DNA of 64,000 bases from an uncultured Pseudobdellovibrionaceae bacterium. GTDB lineage: Bacteria > Bdellovibrionota > FAC87 > UBA2466. The DNA is taken from contig CAZTDN010000019.1 of assembly GCA_964611895.1 (NCBI GenBank), forward strand, positions 577 to 64,576, in the 5' to 3' direction. Both the position numbers and the translations under genes were made by a program. Below are positions 30,622-41,455 of this stretch, in pieces. Every line of letters begins with the position of its first letter. Position 1 is the stretch's first letter. The notes beneath the pieces are model-generated. The model saw nothing but the letters and a program-made list of their open reading frames with translations, made no database searches and had not been told where the DNA came from.

Positions 30622-31908
30622 ATGTCTGCCACCTCGTTGGAATGGTTTGCCACGGCATTTTTCGCCTTGGCGATAGTGCACACGTTTTCGACTTCTGCTT
30701 TGCGTGGACTGGGTAACCGCTTTGCGCAGGGCTCGGTGGCTGAGAACTTCTTTCATTTTCTAGGAGAAGTAGAAGCCGTCTTTGGCACTTGGGCGGCCGC
30801 CCTTTTTATCGCGATGACTTTTTATAGCGGCTATCCCAGTGCGGTCCATTACCTCGAAACCCTCGATTTCACCGAACCGCTCTTCGTTTTTGTGATTATG
30901 GCGGTTGCCGCCACTAAGCCAGTATTGCAATTGGCGAGGGCTTGCATTCAAAGTATCGCGCGGTGGTTCCCCTTGAAAGAAGAAGCTTCTTATGTATTCG
31001 CCGCGTTGGTGGTAGGGCCGTTGTTGGGGAGTTTTATCACCGAGCCCGCTGCAATGACGGTTACAGCGATTTTATTAAAAGAACGGCTTTTTGATGTTCC
31101 AAAGATTTCGAAACGAGTAAAATATTTCGCACTGGGTGTTTTGTTTGTGAATGTTTCCATCGGCGGAGTGTTGACTCCGTACGCCGCGCCCCCGGTTTTG
31201 ATGGTGGCCAAGGCATGGGGTTGGGATTTTCCTTTCATGCTTCAGCATTTTGGATGGAAGGCGGCGTTGGCAGTTTGTTGTAATGCGGCTTTGTTAGTGG
31301 CCTATGCAGGAAGACAGCTACGCGAGTCCGGCCCGGTTGCCAAAGCCAGCAAAGGATTGCGGGTGCCGGGATGGGTGGTGTTGGTGCATGTCGGCGTGCT
31401 TGCTGGGGTGGTTTTGAATGCGCATCACCCCGTCGTTTTTTTTGGTGTGTTTTTGTTTTTTTTGGCCTTTGTAGAAGTGACGAGCGAATTTCAGTTCTCG
31501 TTGAAGCTTAAGGAGAGTTTGCTCGTCGGGTGTTTTTTGGCGGGCCTGGTGGTTTTGGGTGGGATGCAGGCTTGGTGGCTCCAGCCGCTTTTGTCGTCGT
31601 TATCTGAGCCGGCTTTGTTTTTGGGAAGCACGGCGCTGACCGCGGTGACGGATAATGCAGCGCTTACTTTTTTGGGCGCGCAGGTGCAGGGGCTTTCTGA
31701 GTCGATGAAGTATGCGTTGGTTGCAGGAGCAGTGGCGGGCGGTGGTCTGACCGTTATCGCCAACGCACCTAATCCAGCAGGTTATTCCATTTTGCAAAAA
31801 AGTTTCGGGCGCAGTGGGGTGAATCCGATTGGGCTTTTGTTGGGAGCGGCAGTTCCAACGCTGGTAGTTGTTTTATGTTTTTGGTTTTTGCCGCACTTTT
31901 CAAATTGA
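30622..31908 (+). CDS. Putative Na+/H+ antiporter (DUF1504-like polytopic membrane protein)
   Basis: HFLGEVE, GSFITEPAAMT, YAAPPVLMVA, TDNAALT, GGGLTVIANAPNPAG. Confidence 0.85.
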   Translation: MSATSLEWFATAFFALAIVHTFSTSALRGLGNRFAQGSVAENFFHFLGEVEAVFGTWAAALFIAMTFYSGYPSAVHYLETLDFTEPLFVFVIMAVAATKPVLQLARACIQSIARWFPLKEEASYVFAALVVGPLLGSFITEPAAMTVTAILLKERLFDVPKISKRVKYFALGVLFVNVSIGGVLTPYAAPPVLMVAKAWGWDFPFMLQHFGWKAALAVCCNAALLVAYAGRQLRESGPVAKASKGLRVPGWVVLVHVGVLAGVVLNAHHPVVFFGVFLFFLAFVEVTSEFQFSLKLKESLLVGCFLAGLVVLGGMQAWWLQPLLSSLSEPALFLGSTALTAVTDNAALTFLGAQVQGLSESMKYALVAGAVAGGGLTVIANAPNPAGYSILQKSFGRSGVNPIGLLLGAAVPTLVVVLCFWFLPHFSN

Positions 31909-31972
31909 CTGATCTCTTCATGTGCTCGAATATTAGGCACAAATTTAACTTCTGTGAGTTGAAAGCGAATTC

Positions 31973-32641
31973 ATGTCGCAGCTCTTTGATCGCAGCGCGA
32001 ATACTCTAGCATTGGTAATCATCGCCGTCGTTGGCATCACGGGCGCGGTGGGCGTAGGACTTTTATACGCCTTCCAAAGTTCCTCCTACGTCACGGAAGT
32101 GGATACCTACAAACAACAACCGGTGCCATTTAGTCACCAGCATCATGTCGGTGGATTGGGGATCGATTGCCGCTACTGCCACACTTCTGTGGAAGTTTCG
32201 GGCAATGCGGGTATCCCGCCCGTCGCCACTTGCATGAATTGTCACAAGATGCTCTGGGCGGACCAGCCGATGCTCAAACCCATTCGGGATGCCTTCAAAG
32301 GTGGGGCACCTATCGAATGGAACCGAGTGCACAAGCTTCCTGAGTTTGTCTATTTCAATCACAGCGCGCACGTGAACAAAGGTGTCGGTTGTGTTTCTTG
32401 TCACGGCCGCGTCGATAAAATGCCTCTGATGGCGAAGGCCAATACGCTTTACATGAAGTGGTGTTTGGATTGCCACCGCAACCCTGGTCCGAATCTTCGT
32501 CCGGTCAGCCAGATCACCAACATGGATTGGCATCCGGATGAAGCGTGGAAAAACATGAACAAGCTGGAACACCATGGCATTCGGGAAAAACACCGATTCC
32601 AAGTGGATCAGCTCACCAACTGCTCGGTGTGTCATCGATGA
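31973..32641 (+). CDS. actA: Alternative complex III pentaheme cytochrome c
   Basis: N-terminal TM helix and five CxxCH motifs (CRYCH, CMNCH, CVSCH, CLDCH, CSVCH). Confidence 0.93.
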   Translation: MSQLFDRSANTLALVIIAVVGITGAVGVGLLYAFQSSSYVTEVDTYKQQPVPFSHQHHVGGLGIDCRYCHTSVEVSGNAGIPPVATCMNCHKMLWADQPMLKPIRDAFKGGAPIEWNRVHKLPEFVYFNHSAHVNKGVGCVSCHGRVDKMPLMAKANTLYMKWCLDCHRNPGPNLRPVSQITNMDWHPDEAWKNMNKLEHHGIREKHRFQVDQLTNCSVCHR

Positions 32642-35562
32642 GTGATATCAAAAATAAGATGTGGCGCAGTCTCGAGGAACGCACTGACGGTCCTAAGGCC
32701 AACGAGCGTTTTAACCCTTTTAATAACGATTTCTTGAGTCGCCGCGAGTTCATGGAGTGGACGAGCGGGATGGTGGCTGTATTAGGCGCCACCGCGTGCA
32801 CGCGGATGCCGGATCAGAAAATGATCCCATATACGAAACAACCCGAGCGCGTGATTCCGGGGCAGCCTTTGTTTTTTGCTACTTCGATGGCGCTTAACGG
32901 TCGCGCAATTGGATTGTTGGTCGAAAGCCATATGGGGCGCCCCACGAAGATTGAGGGTAATCCCGAGCACCCTGCGAGCTTGGGTACCTCGGACGCTTAC
33001 GCCCAAGCGTCGGTTCTCTCTCTTTATGATCCCGATCGTTCCCAAACGTTTTCTGCACAGGGTGATCTGGTTTATTGGAATAACTTCGTATCGAAGCTTT
33101 CGGCAATCGTATCGGGCCATGCAGCGGCTGGGGGCGAAGGGTTGCGTCTGCTGACCGAAACTGTGGTTTCTCCCACTTTGGCGGCGCAGATCCAGGAGCT
33201 TTTGCGAAAGTACCCACAAGCTCAGTGGCACCAGTATGAACCCGTGAATAGAGATGGTGAGCGGGAAGGGGCCTTGTTGGCCTTTGGTGAAGACGTCACC
33301 GCAGTATTTGATTTTGCTAAAGCGAAAACAGTAGTTTCTCTGGATAGTGATTTTCTTTCTGATCCAGCGTGTCCTCGGTACGCCAAAGATTTTGCTCTGG
33401 GGCGGCGGCCCGGCTCGGGTTGGATGAACCGCCTGTTTGCGGTAGAGCCTTCTCCCACAATTACGGGTGCGAAGGCGGATCATAAACTGGTTGCACGCGC
33501 TTCGGAGATTGAGGCGATCGCGGGTGCGCTGGCGGCAAGCTGTGGAGTGAGTGTTTCTGGGGTTCCGTCGCTCTCGGCGGAGAAAACCAAATGGGTCAAA
33601 GCAGCAGCCGAAGACCTAAAGGCCAATAGCGGAAGCTCGATTGTCGTGGCTGGCCGCTGGCAATCGCCTTTAGTGCATGCATTGGCGGCAGCTATCAACG
33701 TTCAACTCAAGAACGTAGGGCAAACGGTAAAATTCACGGCCCCGGTAGAGTTCAGCCCTGTAAACCAGACCGAATCGATTCAAAAGCTTGCGGCAGACAT
33801 GAATGCTGGCAAAGTAACGAGCTTGGTCATTTTGGGGGGGAACCCCGTATACAATGCTCCCGCAGGAACGCATTTTGAAACGGGCTTGGCTAAAGTCAAA
33901 AATCGCGTGCATTGCGGTCTCTATGTCGACGAAACCGGCTCGCTTTGCAATTACCACATTCCTGAAGCGCACTACCTCGAACAGTGGAGTGATGCGCGAG
34001 CATACGATGGCACGGCGGGCATCACGCAGCCTTTAATTGCTCCGCTGTTTGGCGGCAAGTCGCATCACGAAGTCGTGTCGGCGCTCTTGGGTCAAACGAC
34101 GAGTGACTACGATTCTGTGCGCGCTCATTGGAAGGCGAAGGCTTCTGGAGATTTTGAGAAGTTCTGGACCGGTGCATTGAACGATGGGTTTGTAAGCGGT
34201 ACCGCTTCGGCCTCGAAGAACGTCTCCCTTCGTTCTCCATCCAGTTGGGCGACCGTTTCGTCGGTCCCTTCAGAGGAAAAAGTCGAAGTCGTCTTTCGTC
34301 CGGATTCTTCTGTTTTTGACGGGCGCTTTTCCAATAGTGGTTGGCTACAGGAGTTGGCAAAGCCCATATCTAAGCTTGTCTGGGACAATGCAGCCTATAT
34401 TAGCGCGGGCACCGCGGCTAAGTGGAATGTCAAGAATGGACGCATGGTGCGCTTTACGATGGGAGAGCTCTCTGTAGACCTGCCTGTTTGGATCCTGCCG
34501 GGGCACGCTGCAAACAGTGTGACCTTGCCGTTGGGTTATGGTCGTAAAAAAGCCGGCAAGCTCGGGAGTCAGATCGGATTCGATGTTTATCCCTTGCGCA
34601 AGAACGGCGCCTGGCAGTTGGTGGGTGCAGATACGCAAGTTTTGGCGGGGTCTTATACTTTAACGAGTACCCAGGACCACCATAGTATGGAGAATCGTCC
34701 TATCGTTCGGACGACCTCCTTCGAGAATCACCAGCACCACCCACATTGGGCGCATCTTCATGAACACGTTCCTTCTGCTCTTGAAGGAAAGGACCTCGGT
34801 ACTGCTGGGGGCGAAATGGCTCCCGTGGCTCCAGCGGATTATCAGTGGGGAATGGCCATCAATCTAAGTGCGTGCACTGGTTGCAACGCCTGTGTGGTTG
34901 CTTGCCAATCGGAAAACAACATCCCTGTCGTCGGCAAAGAGGAAGTCGCTCGCGGTCGAGAAATGTCGTGGATCCGAATGGACCGGTATTACGAAGGGGA
35001 TTTGGAGAATCCGCAGACGCACTTTCAGCCGGTTGCCTGTGTGCAGTGCGAAACAGCCCCTTGCGAAATTGTTTGTCCTGTCGGAGCGACTGTGCACGAT
35101 AACGAGGGTTTGAACAATATGGTCTACAACCGATGTGTTGGGACGAAGTATTGTTCGAATAACTGCCCGTACAAGGCTCGGCGCTTTAACTTTTATGAAT
35201 ACACAAAGACCATCACGCCGACGGTAAAGATGGTGCAGAACCCCAATGTGACCGTGCGTAACCGAGGGGTGATGGAGAAGTGCACTTATTGCGTTCAGCG
35301 CATTAGCAGTGCTCGAATCACGGCAAAGAATGAAGGGCGCAAGATCCGAGACGGCGAGGTGCGCACTGCTTGCCAATCCGCTTGTCCCAGTCAGGCGATT
35401 TTCTTTGGAAACATTTCTGATCCCGAAAGCCTGGTATCAAAGATTAAAGCAGAACCTCAGAATTATGGTTTGCTTGAGGAATTGAACACCAAACCTCGTA
35501 CGACATACCTGGGGAAGGTCACTAACCCAGCTCCCTCACTGAAGGCGGAGAAACCAGCATGA
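32638..35562 (+). CDS. actB: ACIII molybdopterin-oxidoreductase-like / Fe-S subunit
   Basis: WRSLEE, SRREF Tat signal, GRPTKIEGNPEHP, CTGCNACVVAC, CVQCETAPC, CTYCVQR. Confidence 0.94.
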   Translation: MSDIKNKMWRSLEERTDGPKANERFNPFNNDFLSRREFMEWTSGMVAVLGATACTRMPDQKMIPYTKQPERVIPGQPLFFATSMALNGRAIGLLVESHMGRPTKIEGNPEHPASLGTSDAYAQASVLSLYDPDRSQTFSAQGDLVYWNNFVSKLSAIVSGHAAAGGEGLRLLTETVVSPTLAAQIQELLRKYPQAQWHQYEPVNRDGEREGALLAFGEDVTAVFDFAKAKTVVSLDSDFLSDPACPRYAKDFALGRRPGSGWMNRLFAVEPSPTITGAKADHKLVARASEIEAIAGALAASCGVSVSGVPSLSAEKTKWVKAAAEDLKANSGSSIVVAGRWQSPLVHALAAAINVQLKNVGQTVKFTAPVEFSPVNQTESIQKLAADMNAGKVTSLVILGGNPVYNAPAGTHFETGLAKVKNRVHCGLYVDETGSLCNYHIPEAHYLEQWSDARAYDGTAGITQPLIAPLFGGKSHHEVVSALLGQTTSDYDSVRAHWKAKASGDFEKFWTGALNDGFVSGTASASKNVSLRSPSSWATVSSVPSEEKVEVVFRPDSSVFDGRFSNSGWLQELAKPISKLVWDNAAYISAGTAAKWNVKNGRMVRFTMGELSVDLPVWILPGHAANSVTLPLGYGRKKAGKLGSQIGFDVYPLRKNGAWQLVGADTQVLAGSYTLTSTQDHHSMENRPIVRTTSFENHQHHPHWAHLHEHVPSALEGKDLGTAGGEMAPVAPADYQWGMAINLSACTGCNACVVACQSENNIPVVGKEEVARGREMSWIRMDRYYEGDLENPQTHFQPVACVQCETAPCEIVCPVGATVHDNEGLNNMVYNRCVGTKYCSNNCPYKARRFNFYEYTKTITPTVKMVQNPNVTVRNRGVMEKCTYCVQRISSARITAKNEGRKIRDGEVRTACQSACPSQAIFFGNISDPESLVSKIKAEPQNYGLLEELNTKPRTTYLGKVTNPAPSLKAEKPA

Positions 35563-36938
35563 GTAAGACAACCCTCTCTCCAGAACCGGTATTGGGTGGC
35601 GAGTACGGATACGGTTCCGTAACGGACAAGATCAACAATATCGTTGTCCGGGAGAAGATCCGGCCGGGTTGGATTTTGGGGTTCGGGCTTGGGTTTACTT
35701 TCCTGATGATGCTTTTGTTCACCATTGGGATGCTCTTTAAATACTGCGTCGGGATTTGGGGGATTAATATCCCGGTGGGTTGGGGTTTCGATATCATCAA
35801 CTTTGTTTGGTGGATCGGGATTGGTCACGCGGGAACTTTGATTTCCGCGATTTTGCTTTTGTTCCGGCAAGACTGGCGGACCTCCATTAACCGTTTTGCA
35901 GAGGCAATGACTCTGTTTGCGGTAGCTTGCGCAGCTTTGTTTCCAATCATGCACATGGGGCGGCCCGAAGTGGGCGCTTATTGGGTCCTGCCTTACCCAA
36001 ATGTCATGGGTATTTGGCCCCAGTTTCGCAGTCCCCTCATGTGGGACGTTTTTGCGATTTCGACTTACGGTTTGGTCTCGTTGCTCTTCTGGTTGGTAGG
36101 GCTATTACCCGATTTCGCGGCCCTGCGCGATCATTCTCCCCACAAATGGCAACGCCAGATTTACGGGATTCTATCTTTGGGTTGGAGAGGGTCCGCCGTC
36201 CACTGGGACCGGTATGAGACGATCTATCTGATCTTGGCAGGTCTAGCGACGCCACTCGTGCTTTCGGTACATACGATCGTTAGCTTCGACTTCTCCGTGG
36301 GGATAGTTCCAGGCTGGCATACGACGATTTTCCCACCCTATTTCGTCGCGGGAGCGATTTATTCCGGGTTTGCGATGGTGCTCACTTTGATGATCCCCAC
36401 TCGGCATTTTTTCGGTTTGCAGGATTTCATTACTCTCCGTCATTTGAACAACATGGCCAAAGTGATGCTTCTCACCGGCCTTATTGTTGCTTACGGGTAT
36501 TTTATTGAGGGTTTTATTGGTTGGTACAGCGGCAGCGAGTACGAGAAATACATGCTGCTCAACCGGTTTGTGGGGCCTTATAAGTACCTCTACTACGCCC
36601 TACTTGCCTGCAATGTTTTCATTCCGCAATTGCTCTGGTTCCGGAGCTTGCGCAGAAACATCCCGCTGCTTTTTGTGATGTCTCTCATCGTCAACACGGG
36701 AATGTGGCTAGAGCGGTTTGTCATCATCGTCGTGAGCCTATCGGCGGATTTCCTGCCGGGGGCTTGGGGGATGTACTACCCGCATGCCTTCGACTGGACC
36801 ATGTATCTTGGCACCATCGGGCTTTTCTTTTCGCTACTGTTTATCTTCATCCGTGTATTGCCGATGATCTCGGTTTTCGAGATGCGAGTGCTCATTACAG
36901 AAGAAGATCACAAGAAAAAAGGAATCCACCATGGATAA
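35559..36938 (+). CDS. actC: ACIII NrfD-like quinol-binding subunit
   Basis: NFVWWIGIGHAGTLISAIL, HMGRP, GWHTTIFPPYFVAGAI. Confidence 0.95.
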   Translation: MSKTTLSPEPVLGGEYGYGSVTDKINNIVVREKIRPGWILGFGLGFTFLMMLLFTIGMLFKYCVGIWGINIPVGWGFDIINFVWWIGIGHAGTLISAILLLFRQDWRTSINRFAEAMTLFAVACAALFPIMHMGRPEVGAYWVLPYPNVMGIWPQFRSPLMWDVFAISTYGLVSLLFWLVGLLPDFAALRDHSPHKWQRQIYGILSLGWRGSAVHWDRYETIYLILAGLATPLVLSVHTIVSFDFSVGIVPGWHTTIFPPYFVAGAIYSGFAMVLTLMIPTRHFFGLQDFITLRHLNNMAKVMLLTGLIVAYGYFIEGFIGWYSGSEYEKYMLLNRFVGPYKYLYYALLACNVFIPQLLWFRSLRRNIPLLFVMSLIVNTGMWLERFVIIVVSLSADFLPGAWGMYYPHAFDWTMYLGTIGLFFSLLFIFIRVLPMISVFEMRVLITEEDHKKKGIHHG

Positions 36939-37476
36939 GGTTCAAGAACCAAAAATCTATGGCCTTATCGCCGAGTTTGATTCAGTAGAGACGTTACTGC
37001 ATGCGGCCGAAAAGACACGCGACGCGGGGTATTCCAGCACGGATGCGTACTCTCCTTTTCCGGTAGAAGGAATCATGGAGGCTCTGGGTAAACGGCATTC
37101 TCGGATTGCGTATCTGATCTTCTGTTTCGGGCTGACTGGCTGTGCCCTGGCGTTTGGGATGATGTTTTATACGAATGTCTGGGATTACCCGATCAATGTT
37201 GGTGGGCGGCCATTGTTAAGCTGGCCAATGTATCTTCCAATTATGTTTGAATTGACGGTACTGCTTTCGGCCTTTTCGGCAGTGTTCGGGATGATTGCTC
37301 TAAACGGGCTCCCCAAACATTATCATCCGCTGTTCAATGTCCCTGAGTTTCTCAAAGCTTCAAGAGACACTTTTTTTATTGCCATTGAGTCGACGGATCC
37401 CAAGTTTGATTTGTCAAAAACCAAAGACTTCTTACAGAGTTTGCATCCGAGAGGCGTCCATGAAGTGCAGCCGTAG
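36931..37476 (+). CDS. actD: ACIII subunit D (DUF3341)
   Basis: DAYSPFPVEG, NVGGRP, FELTVL. Confidence 0.93.
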   Translation: MDKVQEPKIYGLIAEFDSVETLLHAAEKTRDAGYSSTDAYSPFPVEGIMEALGKRHSRIAYLIFCFGLTGCALAFGMMFYTNVWDYPINVGGRPLLSWPMYLPIMFELTVLLSAFSAVFGMIALNGLPKHYHPLFNVPEFLKASRDTFFIAIESTDPKFDLSKTKDFLQSLHPRGVHEVQP

Positions 37477-38038
37477 TGCAGTCGCCGTTCTTTTGCTCAC
37501 CACCTTGGCTTTGGTAGGGTGCGAGCGCCGGCAGGCCATGTACAAACAGCCCAAGTTTAAACCTTATCAAGAGAACGACTTTTTCGAAGACAAGCGTTCG
37601 GCTCGGCCTTTAGTTGAGGGGACAGTTCCTCGAGGGGTGATAGACGATCATCTCAACAAGGGGATTGTCGATGGCAAGCCAGTTTCGGATTTTCCGTTCC
37701 CCATCACTCGAAAAGAAATGGATCGGGGAATGGATCGTTACAATATCTACTGTGCACCTTGCCACAGTCGAACCGGAGACGGATGGGGAATGGTCGCTCA
37801 GCGTGGGATCAAACGCCCTCCCTCTTTTCACGAGGCCCGCTTGAAGGCCGCCCCAGTTAGCCATTTCTTCAATGTGGTTAGCAACGGCATCGGGATGATG
37901 TCTGGGTATTCGGCTCAGATATCTCCCGCCGATCGGTGGGCGATCATCGCATACGTGCGAGCCCTTCAACAGAGTCAAGATGCGCGTTTGGCAGACGTTC
38001 CAGAATCTGAGCGCGCTCAGATGGAGGCAGGCAAATGA
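37460..38038 (+). CDS. actE: ACIII monoheme cytochrome c lipoprotein
   Basis: LALVGC lipobox, MYKQP, CAPCH, DRWAIIAYVRALQ. Confidence 0.92.
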   Translation: MKCSRSAVAVLLLTTLALVGCERRQAMYKQPKFKPYQENDFFEDKRSARPLVEGTVPRGVIDDHLNKGIVDGKPVSDFPFPITRKEMDRGMDRYNIYCAPCHSRTGDGWGMVAQRGIKRPPSFHEARLKAAPVSHFFNVVSNGIGMMSGYSAQISPADRWAIIAYVRALQQSQDARLADVPESERAQMEAGK

Positions 38039-39228
38039 GTTTAGCTTTTTCCGCAGCGGCCTCTTATAAAAGAGCGGTAGTTGTTCCCGCATTGGCTGGA
38101 GCAGCGCTTCTGGTATTTGGTTTTTTGACTAGTCGAAATGCCTTTTTCATCTCGTACTTGCAGGGGTACCTGTTCGCAGTCGCTATTCCTTTAGGTTGCC
38201 TCGGCTTGACGATGGTGCACAACCTCTCTGGTGGGAAGTGGGGATGGACAATCCGTCCGTTTCTGGAGGCAGGCATCAAGACTTTGCCGGCGATGGCTCT
38301 GTTATTTATCCCTGTTGCGATGGGGTTGACTGTTATTTACCCCTGGACCAACGCCGAAACAGTCGCTCATGATGCCGCATTGCTTTCTAAGGCGTCTTAC
38401 CTCAACGCTCCCGGTTGGCTCTACCGTGCGGTGGGGTATTTCGTGACTTGGGTCATTTTGGGGATGTGGCTTTTGCGCTGGTTGATGCCTTCGCCGGCTG
38501 CGGTCTCCACCGAAATCGCGAAGTATCACCGGGTGCAACGTTTGAGTGCCGGTGGTTTGCTGGTGCTCATTCTCACGATGAGCTTTGCCTCAATTGATTG
38601 GGTGATGTCGATTGAGCCACACTGGTTCTCCAGTATTTTTGGTGGAATTGTCGTGATGGGAGCGGCTATGTCCGCTTTTGCAGTGTGCACCATTTCAGTG
38701 ATTTGGATGCACCGCACGACACCAAACCCCTGGTTAACCGAGCGAAATCTGCATGATCTGAGCAAGTTTTTGTTCATGACGATCATGGTTTGGGGTTACT
38801 TCAACCTGTCTCAGTTCTTAATTATTTGGTCAGGGAATCTTCCAGAAGAGACTTTCTGGTTCTACGAACGTAGCCAAGGTGGATGGAAAATTATCAGTAC
38901 CCTCCTGCCTATTTTTCAGTGGCTGCTTCCCTTTTTCTTGATGCTTCCGGCATCCAGGAAAAAGAACCCCGATTTCATGGTAAAAGTTGCGTTCTTTTTG
39001 CTGTTCGGTCGGGCATTTGAGCAGATTTGGTTAGTTTCACCGAGCCTCCGGCCGACAGGCTTTCCCATCCACTGGCTAGATGTCGTGGCACCCATCGCAC
39101 TGGGTTCCATTTGGGCAGCGCTGTATTTTTCGTTCCTTGGGAAACAGTCTGGCGTTCCGGCGCCACAAGGTGCCCACGCTCCGCATTCAGGACCTCAAGA
39201 CAAACCGCATTCGGGAGGGTCGCACTAA
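38035..39228 (+). CDS. actF: ACIII subunit F
   Basis: DWVMSIEPHWFSSIFG, HDLSK, SQFLIIWSGNLPEE. Confidence 0.92.
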   Translation: MSLAFSAAASYKRAVVVPALAGAALLVFGFLTSRNAFFISYLQGYLFAVAIPLGCLGLTMVHNLSGGKWGWTIRPFLEAGIKTLPAMALLFIPVAMGLTVIYPWTNAETVAHDAALLSKASYLNAPGWLYRAVGYFVTWVILGMWLLRWLMPSPAAVSTEIAKYHRVQRLSAGGLLVLILTMSFASIDWVMSIEPHWFSSIFGGIVVMGAAMSAFAVCTISVIWMHRTTPNPWLTERNLHDLSKFLFMTIMVWGYFNLSQFLIIWSGNLPEETFWFYERSQGGWKIISTLLPIFQWLLPFFLMLPASRKKNPDFMVKVAFFLLFGRAFEQIWLVSPSLRPTGFPIHWLDVVAPIALGSIWAALYFSFLGKQSGVPAPQGAHAPHSGPQDKPHSGGSH

Positions 39229-39229
39229 T

Positions 39230-39604
39230 ATGTCGCACGATCACAAAGCGCCCGTTTCTGGAGCGTTTGACTATAGCGAGAGAGATTTACCGTACACCGT
39301 GCTTACGCTCTGGACGGTGGGGACTTTCGTTGGCTTAGGGGCTGTGTTGTTGTTTGTCTACTTCGTGTTTGGCACTCCCCACTCTTACCCGGTAGCCGAT
39401 CTGGTTTTGACCCGTTCGATGAATCAGCCCGTTTTGCAAAGTGACGGCGTTAAGGACCTCGAAGTTTTTCAGGCAGAGCAGGAAAAGACCCTCACTACTT
39501 ATGGCTGGGTGGACAAGGCCCAAGGGACCGTTCGCGTGCCCATCGAGAAGGCGATCGACATGGTACTCAAAAAAGGCCTGAGTGCTCGAGGGCCTAAGCA
39601 GTGA
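39230..39604 (+). CDS. ActG-like small membrane subunit
   Basis: One TM helix, YGWVDKAQGTVRVPIEKAID; position between actF and sco. Confidence 0.8.
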   Translation: MSHDHKAPVSGAFDYSERDLPYTVLTLWTVGTFVGLGAVLLFVYFVFGTPHSYPVADLVLTRSMNQPVLQSDGVKDLEVFQAEQEKTLTTYGWVDKAQGTVRVPIEKAIDMVLKKGLSARGPKQ

Positions 39605-40437
39605 GACTTGGGGTTTTCAGCCTGGTAGTCGCTCTCTCGGCCAGTTTATGGGCCGACACTGGGGGCGTCTACAACGTCAGTCAGGATCTGATTAAGGGGT
39701 TGGCCTTTGATCAAAAATTGAATGCACAGCTCCCCCTCGACGCCACATTTAAAGATCACAATGGCAATACGATTGAGCTGGGTAGCGTGTTTGGGCAGGG
39801 GCCGGTTATTTTGGCAATGGCCTACGCACGGTGTCCCAATATGTGCACCGTCGTATATCGTGAAACATTTCAGGCTCTAGAGAGAGTGCGCTTTAATGTT
39901 CCTGACGCTTACCGCGTCGTCTTCATCAGCATCGATCCCAAAGAGACCACCGCCGCTGCCGCCAAAAAACGTCGGACCTACCTCAAGACCTACAATCGGC
40001 CTGATTTGGACAAAGGGACTTATTTTCTCACGGGCGATGAAGCCCAAATTCGCCGCGTAGCGGACGCAATCGGTTTTAGTTACCGTTTTGATTCCTATAC
40101 GGGTCAGTACGTCCACCCCAGCGGAATTACAGTGGCGACGCCGAAGGGCAAGATTTCCAGGTATCTTTACGGAATCCATTACAACCCGCAGGATTTGCGG
40201 TTGGCCATGGTCGAAGCGTCCGAAAACAAGATCGGTACGCTGGCCGATCACTTGCTTTTGTATTGTTACAAGTATGACCCCAGTCAAGGGAAGTACGGTT
40301 TTGCAATCATGAGTGTAGTTCGAGGCTTGAGTGGTTTGACCGCGACGGCTTTGGGCGGTTTTATCTGGGCAATGCTCCGTCGGGAACGGCGAGAGCGTAA
40401 ACGCTCTGAGGAAGAGAACAGTGGACGGAAAGTTTAG
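39601..40437 (+). CDS. SCO family copper chaperone
   Basis: CPNMC, YVHPSG, LLYCYKYDP. Confidence 0.92.
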   Translation: MRLGVFSLVVALSASLWADTGGVYNVSQDLIKGLAFDQKLNAQLPLDATFKDHNGNTIELGSVFGQGPVILAMAYARCPNMCTVVYRETFQALERVRFNVPDAYRVVFISIDPKETTAAAAKKRRTYLKTYNRPDLDKGTYFLTGDEAQIRRVADAIGFSYRFDSYTGQYVHPSGITVATPKGKISRYLYGIHYNPQDLRLAMVEASENKIGTLADHLLLYCYKYDPSQGKYGFAIMSVVRGLSGLTATALGGFIWAMLRRERRERKRSEEENSGRKV

Positions 40438-41455
40438 CTTTTTTCCCGAGCAGGCTTCGCGCCTGGCTCCCAGCATAGATATGATCTACTTCGCGCTCAT
40501 CGCGATGAGCGTGTTTTTCGTGGTTCTGATATGCAGTTTGGTGGTTGTTTTCGCAATCAAGTACCGGCGCCGCGAAGGAAACGAGATTGCACAAGAAGTG
40601 CACGAGCATCACTTGATGGAAATTTCGTGGTCTCTGATTCCTCTGGTCCTTGGAATGCTGCTGTTTGGTTGGGGCACCAAAGTCTTTTTGGAAATCTACA
40701 AACAACCCACCGAAAATGTGCTGGAAGTGTTTGCGACTGGCAAACAGTGGATGTGGAAGTTTCAGCATCCAGACGGTCGTCGTGAGATCAACGATCTGCA
40801 TGTGCCTACAGGGCGCCCGGTAAAATTGACCATGATTTCTCAGGACGTCATCCACAGTTTTTATGTGCCGGCATTTCGAGTAAAACAGGACGTGCTTCCG
40901 CACCGCTACACGTCTACTTGGTTCGAAGCGACCAAGCCCGGAACGTATCACCTGTTCTGTGCCGAGTTTTGTGGAACCGAGCATTCGCGCATGATTGGGA
41001 AAGTGATTGTGTTGGAGCCCGCTGAATATCAGGCCTGGCTGGCGAGCCCCTTGATCGAAGGGGGAGCGCCCCGCGATGCTGGCCCGATGGGAGCGAGTGC
41101 AGGGGGGTCTGTGGCAGCAGCGGCAGGCGCGCCTGGTGCTGAGAATGCACCGATGGATCCTGTTGCCAAAGGCAAAGCAGTGCTTGAGTCCCAAGGGTGC
41201 CGAGCATGCCATCAACCCGACAACCAGGCTTTGGCCCCGCGATTAGAGGGGATCTACGGAACCAAAGTGGATTTCGTCGATGGGTCCAGCGCCAAAGTGG
41301 ATGATAACTATATTAGGGAATCCATCTTGGCTTCTACAGTGAAGGTCGTAAAAGGCTATGCGCCGGTTATGCCGGCCTATCAGGGTATCGTCAAAGAAGA
41401 CGAGATCAAAGCCATCATCGAATACATTAAGTCGACTTCGGGGAGTAAGAAATGA
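40421..41455 (+). CDS. coxB: Cytochrome c oxidase subunit II with fused cytochrome c (caa3 type)
   Basis: [22 protein letters not shown] CuA site; C-terminal CRACH. Confidence 0.95.
   Translation: MDGKFSFFPEQASRLAPSIDMIYFALIAMSVFFVVLICSLVVVFAIKYRRREGNEIAQEVHEHHLMEISWSLIPLVLGMLLFGWGTKVFLEIYKQPTENVLEVFATGKQWMWKFQHPDGRREINDLHVPTGRPVKLTMISQDVIHSFYVPAFRVKQDVLPHRYTSTWFEATKPGTYHLFCAEFCGTEHSRMIGKVIVLEPAEYQAWLASPLIEGGAPRDAGPMGASAGGSVAAAAGAPGAENAPMDPVAKGKAVLESQGCRACHQPDNQALAPRLEGIYGTKVDFVDGSSAKVDDNYIRESILASTVKVVKGYAPVMPAYQGIVKEDEIKAIIEYIKSTSGSKK

Noticed and set aside
31921-31941. TGTGC-N11-GCACA upstream of actA as a CRP/FNR/Rex site
   Set aside because: Neither spacing nor sequence matches those consensus sites; unsupported.
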